From positions 9,880 through 73,879 of the forward strand of contig NZ_JBFHFD010000001.1 of NCBI RefSeq assembly GCF_041583735.1: 64,000 nt of DNA, given 5' to 3'. This document shows, one piece after another, positions 19,312-28,580 of the stretch (positions are counted from its first letter, which is position 1; the number at the start of each line of letters is the position of its first letter). A model generated the notes under the pieces. That model was given only the letters and a program-made list of their open reading frames with translations. It ran no database searches and was not told the DNA's origin. A program made the position numbers and the translations under genes. The stretch comes from Novipirellula sp. GTDB lineage: Bacteria; Planctomycetota; Planctomycetia; Pirellulales; Pirellulaceae.

Positions 19312-20700
19312 CTACCGATGATCCGCCGACTCAACGCCGACGATGCAGTACAAATGATCGACAGTTCGCAAGTAGATCTCGCTATCAGTCAATGCTGGGG
19401 TGGCCCATGACATCTGATCGCCAAGTTCATTGACGGCAATCGTCTCCAGTGAGTCACCTGGCTCAATAACGTGCGTACTACCGCCGGCGTCCAAGGCGTA
19501 GACATAACGCCCGTCTGACCATGGCGAAGCCCAGAATGATCTCGCCCCGCGGACTCGTGATTCGAATATTTTTTCTCCAGTTGAAGCATCGACGCAGGTG
19601 ACAATCCCCGCCCTCCGCTGAAAAAAATACAGCTTGCCTTTGCAATAGACCGGTGATGCCATCTGGATACCAGAATCATCCATTCGCCACTGGACAAACG
19701 GGCCCGTCATACTGTCGTCGGGTGGGGTAATGTCGCCTTCACCACCAGGCGTGATGCAGTAGAGCCGTCCGCCGCCATCATCTGGTCCGCCACGATTTCG
19801 AAATTCGTTGCCAATGAATAATCGGTCACCAACGGCGGTCGGTGTAGCTGAGCTGCGACCCTTGTCCATGTCTATTTGCCACAGGAGCCTACCTGTTTGA
19901 GGATCATAAGAACGATAGACCATTCCGCCAACAATCAATTCGGTACGCTGCGAGTTTTTCCAAAGGAACGGGCTGCTGTATTGGGAGCTTTCACTGCGGT
20001 TGGTCCGCCAGACTTCTTTACCAGACTTGGTGTCCAAACAAGTCAGGAACGACTGCTGTTCATTGTCCACCTGTATGAACAAGCGATTATCTTGCAGTGC
20101 AATTGAGCTAGCAGTTCCCCATCCGGCCCGCATTTCGTAGACGCCCAAGTCGGTTTGCCAAACGACATTACCCTGGAGGTCCAAGCAGTGCACGCCATTC
20201 ATTCCGAAGTAAGCGTAAATCCGTTCTCCATCGATGGCCGGGGTTTCAGTCGCATACGTATTGGTTGTGTGGCGTGAAATCGGAGGGATTCCGGTTTTGA
20301 CCGTCCGACGCCAAACTTCTTTGCCCGAGGCACGGTCGATGCAAAGCACTTGATATTGATAAACCACGTTTACCAAATCATTACGGTTTCGACCGTAGCC
20401 GCCGTTGTAGTTTTCTGGCTTGGTCGATTCTGCGTTCGCGGAGTCCTGCGGCACAGCCGTGGTCAGATACAGTCGATCCTGCCAAACCACCGGCTGCGAC
20501 CATCCCTCTCCCTGAGGATCGATCTTCCATCGGACACCTTTCCGTTGCCCATCGGCGTCAGACCAATGAATTGGTAGCGGAGACGTCGACGTCGCGTTCT
20601 GGTGCACACCGCGAAACTGTGGGTAATTGCTGGTTTCGCCGGCGGCAGTTGTGGCGAAGAGAGCTAATGCACATACCGATTGGAGGATTATAAATTTCAC
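19312..20700 (-). CDS. PQQ-like beta-propeller repeat protein (BamB-like, planctomycete family)
   Basis: Signal peptide, YPQFRG, GWSQPVVW, repeated D..(S/T)GKEVW, WASP, WATPA..IYLRT. Confidence 0.85.
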   Translation of the reverse strand: MKFIILQSVCALALFATTAAGETSNYPQFRGVHQNATSTSPLPIHWSDADGQRKGVRWKIDPQGEGWSQPVVWQDRLYLTTAVPQDSANAESTKPENYNGGYGRNRNDLVNVVYQYQVLCIDRASGKEVWRRTVKTGIPPISRHTTNTYATETPAIDGERIYAYFGMNGVHCLDLQGNVVWQTDLGVYEMRAGWGTASSIALQDNRLFIQVDNEQQSFLTCLDTKSGKEVWRTNRSESSQYSSPFLWKNSQRTELIVGGMVYRSYDPQTGRLLWQIDMDKGRSSATPTAVGDRLFIGNEFRNRGGPDDGGGRLYCITPGGEGDITPPDDSMTGPFVQWRMDDSGIQMASPVYCKGKLYFFQRRAGIVTCVDASTGEKIFESRVRGARSFWASPWSDGRYVYALDAGGSTHVIEPGDSLETIAVNELGDQMSWATPALTDSEIYLRTVDHLYCIVGVESADHR

Positions 20701-20959
20701 TAACTCGATTCCTGAAATGGCAGATTGATCTAGGGCGTTCTGCATTCTGGACAGACGCCTAACCATCATAAACCAAGGGCAAGTTTGCGTTGGCCTGAAT
20801 GACAATGATTCAGTTCTGTGTCGACGCAACTCGAAATTAGCCTGGACTCGTTGGATTGCTGTCATCGCTCCGGAATTCAACTACTTCATCTGCCATGCCA
20901 TCAGCTAGGCCGGTCGCTAACCGACCAGTCCACCAACCTTTCCGGTTCGATTCGCGTCC

Positions 20960-20974
20960 TGGCACACCAATTGC
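20960..20974 (+). promoter_or_regulatory. sigma54-type -24/-12 promoter upstream of the oxidoreductase operon
   Basis: TGGCACACCAATTGC, near-consensus TGGCAC-N5-TTGC, 110 bp before the SDR start. Confidence 0.65.
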
Positions 20975-21084
20975 GTTGTCTGGCTCGTGACCTGTTCGAC
21001 GATCTCACCAGACAGCTGCTGTGATTAACCGAGCCACACCGATCACTTCGCTGCAATCACTCTTACTGGAATTTAAGTCGAATT

Positions 21085-21855
21085 ATGGCAACTACACTCA
21101 TTACGGGCGCTTCATCCGGAATTGGCAAAGAACTGGCGATCCAGTTCGCCGCAGGCGGTGATGATGTCGTGCTGGTCGCTCGCAGTGAAGCCAGATTGAA
21201 CGATCTCGCTGACCAAATTCGCGAGGACCAGGGTGTTGGTGCAACTGTCATCTGCAGCGACCTCGCTACGACGGATGGTGTCGATCAGATTAGCCAACAA
21301 CTGCGCGAGCATGCCATCGATATCGACACGCTGGTCAATAATGCGGGAATGGGTGCTCTCGGAAAGTTCGCGGAATTGTCGATCGACCGACAAACCGACA
21401 TGTTGATGTTGAACGTTGTGGCGCTGACGCGTCTGACGCGAGCCTTGTTACCCGGCATGATCCAGCGTGGTCGTGGCGGTGTTTTGAACGTGGGGTCGAT
21501 CGCCGCGTACCAAGCTGGCCCGAACATGTCGGTGTACTACGCGAGTAAAGCCTACGTTTTGTCGTTTACCGAAGGGTTGCGAGAGGAACTCGCTGACACC
21601 GGCTTGCATGTCACTTGTCTAGAACCCGGTCCGACCGAGTCGAGTTTCGCCGAAGACTCCGGCATGGGCAAGCTCGATATGTTTTCATCCTCCACGATGT
21701 CCGCCCAAACCGTAGCGAAAGCCGGTTACGAAGGCTACCGTGACAATCAAGACGTCGTAATTCCCGGCTGGAAAAATCGCTTGATGGTCACGTCGACAGG
21801 CTTCTTGCCACGTTTTGCAACACGAAAATTGGTTGGAAAACTGCAGGGCGTCTGA
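21085..21855 (+). CDS. SDR family oxidoreductase
   Basis: ITGASSGIG, NNAG, YYASK. Confidence 0.93.
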   Translation: MATTLITGASSGIGKELAIQFAAGGDDVVLVARSEARLNDLADQIREDQGVGATVICSDLATTDGVDQISQQLREHAIDIDTLVNNAGMGALGKFAELSIDRQTDMLMLNVVALTRLTRALLPGMIQRGRGGVLNVGSIAAYQAGPNMSVYYASKAYVLSFTEGLREELADTGLHVTCLEPGPTESSFAEDSGMGKLDMFSSSTMSAQTVAKAGYEGYRDNQDVVIPGWKNRLMVTSTGFLPRFATRKLVGKLQGV

Positions 21856-21968
21856 GGGCGAAACCAGCTTCGACAAGAAAGTTGCTTGTTGGGCCAAGAT
21901 AGGCAAGCAGTAAGCCAGTCGATTGCGGTGACACGAATACCTCAACTCAACTACCGGAGATCTCACTG

Positions 21969-23339
21969 ATGACCATTGCAACTATCAATCCAGTGACCAA
22001 CGAAACGATCAAAACGTTTGAGCCGATGACCAAGGATGACGTGATGGATGCCATCGGCGGCGCCCACACGGCTTTTCAAAAATGGCGAGAAAGCACATTC
22101 GATGAACGCAAAACTTTCTTGCAGAAGTTCGCCAATCTCCTGCGAGCTGACGCGGATGAGTACGCTCGAATGATCACTTTGGAAATGGGTAAACGGATCT
22201 GCGAAAGCCAGTATGAAATTGAGTACTGCGCGAACATAGCAGAGTTTTACGCCAACGGTGCTGAGGCATTTCTGGCCGATCAGCAAATGAACGTTAACGG
22301 TGCGAACGCGTATCTTTGTTACCAACCACTTGGCGTTCTGTTGGGTGTAATGCCCTGGAACTTTCCCTTCTATCAAGTCGTGCGTTTTGCTACCCCCAAC
22401 ATCATGGCTGGCAACACTGTCATGGTAAAACACGCCAGTAACGTTCCGCAGTGTGCGGTTGCGATCGAAGAACTGTTTAACGATTGTGGTTTACCAAGTG
22501 GCGTCTACACCAACCTCTTTGTTTCAAGCGAATTCGTGGAAGCGATCATCTCTGACTCTCGCGTCCAAGGGGTCTCGTTGACCGGCAGCGAACCTGCGGG
22601 AGCTTCCGTGGCTACCGTCGCCGGCAAGAACCTCAAACGCAGTGTTCTTGAGCTCGGCGGCAACGATCCGTTCATTGTTCTCGAAGATGCGGACCTCGAT
22701 CATACGATAGAGCAAGCCGTCAAAGGCCGAATCGTCAACGCCGGTCAGTCCTGCGTGGCATCGAAACGATTCATCGTCGTCAAGGCGGTGGCGGACAAGT
22801 TTATGGATGGATTTAAGAAGCAAATGGAGTCGTTGAAACTCGGCGACCCGATGGACACCGACACGACGCTGTCGCCACTGTCTTCCGAAGACGCCGCCGT
22901 CACAGTGCAGAAACAAGTGCAGTCGGCGATAGACGCGGGTGCCACTGTGGTCTTGGGGGGCGATCGACCTGATTGCGACGGCGCCTACTTCAATCCGACC
23001 ATCCTGACAAATGTAACGAAGGATATGCCAACCTTCGATCAAGAGATTTTCGGCCCGGTCGCGACGGTGTACGTCGTCGAAGATGAAGCCGAAGCAATCA
23101 AGCTCGCCAACGATTCGTCCTACGGCCTGGGCGGCAGCGTCTTCACCGCTGACGTCGAGCGTGGTCGCCGCGTCTCTGAGCAAGTGGAGACGGGAATGAT
23201 GTTCATCAACCAACCTACCCAGTCTCAAGCTGAACTTCCGTTCGGTGGCATCAAGAACTCGGGCTACGGACGCGAGCTTTCGCACCTCGGCATCCTCGAG
23301 TTCATCAACGAAAAACTGATACACTGCGGTAGCAAGTAG
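21969..23339 (+). CDS. NAD(P)-dependent succinate-semialdehyde dehydrogenase-like aldehyde dehydrogenase
   Basis: MPWNFP, KHAS, TGSE, LELGG, GQSC, EIFGP, PFGGIKNSGYGRE. Confidence 0.92.
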   Translation: MTIATINPVTNETIKTFEPMTKDDVMDAIGGAHTAFQKWRESTFDERKTFLQKFANLLRADADEYARMITLEMGKRICESQYEIEYCANIAEFYANGAEAFLADQQMNVNGANAYLCYQPLGVLLGVMPWNFPFYQVVRFATPNIMAGNTVMVKHASNVPQCAVAIEELFNDCGLPSGVYTNLFVSSEFVEAIISDSRVQGVSLTGSEPAGASVATVAGKNLKRSVLELGGNDPFIVLEDADLDHTIEQAVKGRIVNAGQSCVASKRFIVVKAVADKFMDGFKKQMESLKLGDPMDTDTTLSPLSSEDAAVTVQKQVQSAIDAGATVVLGGDRPDCDGAYFNPTILTNVTKDMPTFDQEIFGPVATVYVVEDEAEAIKLANDSSYGLGGSVFTADVERGRRVSEQVETGMMFINQPTQSQAELPFGGIKNSGYGRELSHLGILEFINEKLIHCGSK

Positions 23340-23412
23340 TAGCAACTTTGCCGCGTGCTCGGCACATCAGTCAATTCATCCGAACCCAAAAACTGTATCG
23401 AAAGAGACTCAA

Positions 23413-24546
23413 ATGAATCAATTCGCACCCAATCTAATGTCCGAGTTCCAATGGGACGGTCTTGTCGCCCAGAATCGAGTCGCGATGTCGCCGATGACAC
23501 GCGGCCGAGCCGAAAAAACGATGACGGCAAATGCGTTGATGGCACGCTATTATGCGCAACGAGCATCAGCAGGAATTCTTATCACCGAAGGCACGTTCAT
23601 CTCCAAAGAAGCTATTGGTTGGGTCGGTGCTCCTGGAATTTGGAGTGATGAGCAGGCCGATGCCTGGATGCAAGTCGTTGACGCAGTTCACGAAAATCAT
23701 CAGACACCTTTCTTCATGCAACTGTGGCACACAGGACGGGCTTCGCACAGTGATTTTCACGATGGTTCTGCTCCGGTAGCACCCTCAGCGATTGGGATCG
23801 AAGACGACTCGATTCGCACTCCATCAGGCGACAAGAAGCTGTACGAGACACCACGCGTCTTGCGAACAGACGAAATCCCGCGATTGGTCGAAGACTACCG
23901 CGCCGCAGCAGAACGGGCGAAGTCGGCGGGTTTCGACGGGATCGAAATTCACGCTGGAAACGGTTACCTGCTGGATGAGTTTCTTCAATCGAAGACGAAT
24001 CATCGAACAGACCAGTACGGAGGAAGTCTCGAGAATCGTTTTCGGCTCGTCCGCGAGATCATCGACGCCTGTAAAACCGCTTTTGATATTTCTCGGATTG
24101 GCGTTCGCATCTCGCCGAACGGGAAGTTTAATCAGATGGGGTCACCCGACTTTCGAGAAACCTTTCTATATGTCGCGGAGCAATTGAGCAACTACAAACT
24201 CGCGTGGCTCGACATTCTAGATGGTTTGGCATTCGGATTTCATGAACTAGGTGATCCGATCACGCTGAAAGATATTCGCGAAGTGTACAGCGGCCGATTA
24301 ATGGCGAACTGTGGTTACGATCGCGATCAAGCCGAACAGGCGGTCGCAGATGGACTTGCGGACATGGTTGCTTTCGGCAGACCTTTCATCAGCAATCCCG
24401 ATTTGGTGGAGCGATTTGCAAATGATTGGGACTTCAATGAACAGGCATCGCAAGACGTTTGGTATTCGCCCGGACCAGAAGGCTTCACTGATTTTCCCAC
24501 CTATCATGAGAGCAAGGAAGAGAACTTGAGTGCTTCAGCGAGATAA
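23413..24546 (+). CDS. nemA: Old yellow enzyme / alkene reductase (NemA-like)
   Basis: MSPMTRGRA, QLWHTGR, EIHAGNGYL, RTDQYGGS, FGRPFISNPDL. Confidence 0.85.
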   Translation: MNQFAPNLMSEFQWDGLVAQNRVAMSPMTRGRAEKTMTANALMARYYAQRASAGILITEGTFISKEAIGWVGAPGIWSDEQADAWMQVVDAVHENHQTPFFMQLWHTGRASHSDFHDGSAPVAPSAIGIEDDSIRTPSGDKKLYETPRVLRTDEIPRLVEDYRAAAERAKSAGFDGIEIHAGNGYLLDEFLQSKTNHRTDQYGGSLENRFRLVREIIDACKTAFDISRIGVRISPNGKFNQMGSPDFRETFLYVAEQLSNYKLAWLDILDGLAFGFHELGDPITLKDIREVYSGRLMANCGYDRDQAEQAVADGLADMVAFGRPFISNPDLVERFANDWDFNEQASQDVWYSPGPEGFTDFPTYHESKEENLSASAR

Positions 24547-24628
24547 AGGAACCCGTATGCGTCTACGCGGCGCGTGAGCAAAACGCTTTGTAAGAAAGAA
24601 CACTCCTTCCACCCATAAGAGCAGCCTC

Positions 24629-25654
24629 GTGACTACCCAATCGTCTCAAGTGATGAAGTCGCAACAAATCGTTCTCACCTCACGCCCGACGGGTGCACCG
24701 ACGTCATCGAATTTCAAAATGAAGTTCACGGAGATCGGACCGATTGATGATGGAGAGTTCCTTGTCAAAAACAGTTGGATGTCTGTTGATCCCTACATGC
24801 GGGGTCGAATGAAAAGTGCTGACAGCTATGTCCCAGCATTCCAGATTGATGAACCTCTTGAAGGCGGATGCATCGGCGAGGTCATCGAGTCTCGCAACAA
24901 AGACTTTAGCAAAGGCGACACTGTGTTAGGTAGTCTCGGTTGGCGTGAATATTGGAAATCGAACGGCGACGGCGTCACTCCAATCGACCCGAACCTCGCT
25001 CCGATCCAAGCGTTTTTGGGTGTACTAGGTATGACGGGGCTAACGGCATGGGTGGGTTTGAATCGGATCGCCAGTCTCCAATCAGGTAGCACCGTGTTTG
25101 TTTCCGCCGCGTCGGGCGCGGTCGGTTCAATCGTGGTCCAACTTGCCAAAGCAAAAGATTGCCGTGTGATCGGTAGTGCAGGTAAGGCGGAGAAGATCGA
25201 GTGGCTCAAGCAGAAGACGGGGATCGACAAGGTCATCAATTACAAAGAGACGAGTGACTTGGTCGGCGAGTTGGCCGAGAATGCACCGGACGGAATCGAC
25301 GTCTACTTTGACAATGTCGGAGGCGACCACTTGGAAGCCGCACTCGATGTCATAAATGATTTCGGCTGCTGTGTGGAATGTGGAATGATCTCGACTTACA
25401 ACGCGACCGAACCGATCCCGGCACCCCGAAACCTATTTCAGGTCATCGGCAAACGCATTCGCATGCAAGGGTTCATCGTTCGTGATCACCTCGATGCAAA
25501 GGACGAGTTTGTCCGAGAAATGACGAAGCTGATCAAAGCCGACAAAGTGGTTTGGAAAGAATCAATCACCGAGGGCCTCGAAAACGCACCCGCTGCCTTC
25601 ATCGGGCTCTTCGACGGCGACAACCTCGGAAAACAACTCGTCCGCATCAGCTAA
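24629..25654 (+). CDS. NADP-dependent double-bond reductase (CurA/PTGR-like MDR)
   Basis: SVDPYMRGRM, GMTGLTA, VSAASGAVGS, YFDNVGG, GKQLV. Confidence 0.9.
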   Translation: MTTQSSQVMKSQQIVLTSRPTGAPTSSNFKMKFTEIGPIDDGEFLVKNSWMSVDPYMRGRMKSADSYVPAFQIDEPLEGGCIGEVIESRNKDFSKGDTVLGSLGWREYWKSNGDGVTPIDPNLAPIQAFLGVLGMTGLTAWVGLNRIASLQSGSTVFVSAASGAVGSIVVQLAKAKDCRVIGSAGKAEKIEWLKQKTGIDKVINYKETSDLVGELAENAPDGIDVYFDNVGGDHLEAALDVINDFGCCVECGMISTYNATEPIPAPRNLFQVIGKRIRMQGFIVRDHLDAKDEFVREMTKLIKADKVVWKESITEGLENAPAAFIGLFDGDNLGKQLVRIS

Positions 25655-25915
25655 CCAGGCCTGTATCACACGCCTGCATTCGTCACAAGTTAATCCGCTA
25701 TTTCGCAGCGTGGCTACCGCCGAGAGCATCTGAAAGTTTCGATACCCTTTTCCGCTAAACGGGAATTTGACAAGAACCCGTTGCAACCAAGCCGAATAGT
25801 CTACGTCCGTCTTATTTGATCGCAATGGATGACCCGGATTCGCTGGGTTAGACGCAAATTCGACATTACTGAAACTTGCGCCGGTTTTATCGAACGGAGC
25901 AGATCTTCGCTCAGC

Positions 25916-25994
25916 ATGCCGTTCCTGCCATGGGTGTCGGTGCCATCGTGGACCTCTTCGGTGATGCGTGCATCGATTGAATCACGCATTGGCA
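25916..25994 (-). repeat. 79-bp inverted copy of part of the pectate lyase gene (29617-29695)
   Basis: 74/79 identical by manual alignment; encodes PMRDSIDARITEEVHDGTDTHGRNG. Confidence 0.85.
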
Positions 25995-26351
25995 GTGTCG
26001 ACACCAAAGAATCGTCCGGTCGATAAAACTGGACCGTCCCAAGTAAATATGTATTTGCGACACGCAATCGGCCAAAGCCGTTTTACTCTCCGCTAGGCGG
26101 CAGATCTTGTCCAGTGAGTCGAATGGGAAACCAGGGGTTGTTGTGGAAATGTACGATTCAGGCTGCAGGATGAATTCTCACCAACAGTTCCAAACCGATT
26201 TCTTTAAGCGATGGAAAGCCAACATCCAGGCTCCTGGCGAAACTTTGATGTTCCGGATTGAACAACAATTTCTCGAGCGTGTGCGGAAGAATCACCCCAG
26301 CTTCTTCATTCGTTTCAGTTTAACGGAAGTTCAGAAACAATCTATGATGCT

Positions 26352-27140
26352 GTGTTGTCTCTGCTAATTGAGGCTCTTGATTTCATGCCGAGACGAATCG
26401 ACTGTTCTTTTGATTCCACCTGGGAAGCGTTGGACATGTCCTGCAAACACCTACATGGGATATCGATCGGTGAGAACTCTGAGTTGAGTTTCTATGACAA
26501 TCTCCGTCAATTCTCAATACCTTTGATTTGGACTCAGCAATACAACAACAACCAACGAATTGCACTAGCGATCGATGAAAGCCTTTCTGCTCTTCTACTT
26601 CAATCGTGCAAGTTTCTTGCCAAGCGGATCCTTCATTCATTTGACCCCGCCGCTACGAATGAGAGACAGAGAGGAAGGGTTACGAAACGGATTTTGCTGT
26701 ATCCAAGAAACACTCAAATGGTACGGCATTTCTTGGACGCGTTAGCAAAGAAGTTTGGGCATGGGACCGTACCAGCTGTCGGCGTACGTAAGGCGGGAAT
26801 TGTGGTGCGTAAAATGATGGCAGGATCTGAGATCGAGCTCTTTGGCACGAAGTTTGTTTTTTCTACCGAAGTACGGCTGTCATTTTTGTTAAACGGGTTT
26901 CTCTACACTTATCGGAACGAGAGGCTCCACGGAACCAAGCCTTCTCCGTTCATAAGCAGCAAAGCCACGATTAAGACATTTACACTAGCGCACTCTGCGT
27001 TTCTTATGACCCACCTGTTGCTACTGCTGATCCTCAACAAGTGGGATCCTGGCAATCAATATTCAAGCGATATTTGCTTTAACCAGTGCCAAAACCTAGA
27101 AGGATTTCGGCGACTGTACGGGCGGCATGTAGATAGATAA
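26352..27140 (+). CDS. Hypothetical protein with HEPN-like RxxxxH motif, possibly the frameshifted continuation of 26170-26367
   Basis: LYTYRNERLHG in a helical context; visibly AT-richer than the flanks. Confidence 0.5.
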   Translation: MLSLLIEALDFMPRRIDCSFDSTWEALDMSCKHLHGISIGENSELSFYDNLRQFSIPLIWTQQYNNNQRIALAIDESLSALLLQSCKFLAKRILHSFDPAATNERQRGRVTKRILLYPRNTQMVRHFLDALAKKFGHGTVPAVGVRKAGIVVRKMMAGSEIELFGTKFVFSTEVRLSFLLNGFLYTYRNERLHGTKPSPFISSKATIKTFTLAHSAFLMTHLLLLLILNKWDPGNQYSSDICFNQCQNLEGFRRLYGRHVDR

Positions 27141-27545
27141 CGTCAGAGCTGACGGATTGTTTTCTGACCATTGCAGAGAAGCGAAACCAAAAATCTGCCC
27201 AGCTTGCACAAGACAACCAATCCACTTCCTTAAGCAAAATCGATTTGGTCCAGCCCACCGATTTGATATGTTTCGGTGCTCCGGAGGCGGATAACAGAGA
27301 ATCGCCCGATCGATGAAACCGGAGCAAGCAGGTAGGCTGCGATTTTGGGGCAGAAGGATCTACGCTTGTACAAAATGGACGGGGGTCACATTTAAGCGTT
27401 TTCTTTGACGCTCAACAAGTTGATTTGACTTGCCACAGGGATTCACTCCAGCCGCCTGGCGTTCGTGGTCGCGAGTCCACGCGAAATAGCTGGCGGTGAA
27501 ATTCACCACTGCATGTCATAGGCTTCGTATGTTACTGATGTGATT

Positions 27546-28394
27546 CTAGAGGGATGACGGGTGACGACCAACTGTTGCACAATGTTCTTTTCGGTATTCT
27601 CGCGGCGAGCAACCGCAGACAGCTTTGAAGACTTCATTGAATCGACTAAGACTCTGGAAACCTGAGTCCAACGCGATGTTCAGGATAGCGTTGTCGGTCG
27701 TAATCAGCAGACGCTGTGAATGCGAGATGCGGTGCTGGGCGACGAATGAGGTTATCGTGGTGCCGAACGTCTTCCGAAATAGGCTCATGGCATAGTTTGC
27801 ATGCAGGCCAATGGCTTCAGCAATTGACTCGGACGTCAGCGGTTGCTGATAGTTTCTCGCGATATAGCAGGCAAGTTGATCCGCCCGCGAAAGCATCGGG
27901 GTGGAACGTGGCGTTGTCGCTTTTGAGACCCTGGCTGCTAATCGCAGCAGCCGCGCACGCACCTCCAATTTTGCCGCCAGCTCCAACGAAGGATCGCCAT
28001 TTCCCAGTTCCTGCTCCCACCGATGGAATATCATCTCGTCCACGTTGTCCTGCATCGAGTCAATGAGGAGTTCGCCCTGAAGGACTCGACTCACCAGACC
28101 GGAATCAGTGCCAGCCCGCAGGAAATCGCTCAGCGGCAAGGTAATGACGAAGTAAGGCGACGCTCCTTCGAAGTCGACAATTTGATGGGGCATCGCCGCC
28201 CAGAAAATTGCGAGGCGTCGTGCATCGATAATCGTCCGACGTCCGCCGAGGAGGTAACTCAGCGAACCAGACGAGAGCAGATTCAGTTCGACCTCGTTGT
28301 GTCGGTCCGGTCGGGGCATGCGAGCCGGTTTCCACAGCTCGCACGTGAAGCCGTAGGGAGAGAACTCGGGGCGTCTGGTGTCGAATTGTTTCAT
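27546..28394 (-). CDS. AraC-family regulator (MelR-like cupin plus HTH)
   Basis: DRHNEVELN, FWAAMPHQ, IALDSGFQSLSRFNEVFK..SPREYR; start MKQFD. Confidence 0.9.
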   Translation of the reverse strand: MKQFDTRRPEFSPYGFTCELWKPARMPRPDRHNEVELNLLSSGSLSYLLGGRRTIIDARRLAIFWAAMPHQIVDFEGASPYFVITLPLSDFLRAGTDSGLVSRVLQGELLIDSMQDNVDEMIFHRWEQELGNGDPSLELAAKLEVRARLLRLAARVSKATTPRSTPMLSRADQLACYIARNYQQPLTSESIAEAIGLHANYAMSLFRKTFGTTITSFVAQHRISHSQRLLITTDNAILNIALDSGFQSLSRFNEVFKAVCGCSPREYRKEHCATVGRHPSSL

Positions 28395-28580
28395 GCACCT
28401 TAGAATACCGTGAGTATCGCGTCCGAAACAGTGAGACTTGCGGCAAATAGTAGATAAAATGCGGCGATGTTGGTGGCGCCATCTTCCTCGATTGTTGGGA
28501 ACACGCTGACCACAACGTGCCGACAGAGTTCGGCCAACGGACCACGATGCTTTCCCCCCAAACATAACGAGGAGATTCTT

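Noticed and set aside
24558-24569. TGCGTCTACGCG resembling the 45286 palindrome
   Set aside because: Two mismatches in 12 and located inside an operon; compatible with chance
26909-26918. TTATCGGAAC, reverse match to the integrase arm repeat
   Set aside because: Single 10/12 match inside a coding motif, with no tRNA-Ser fragment nearby
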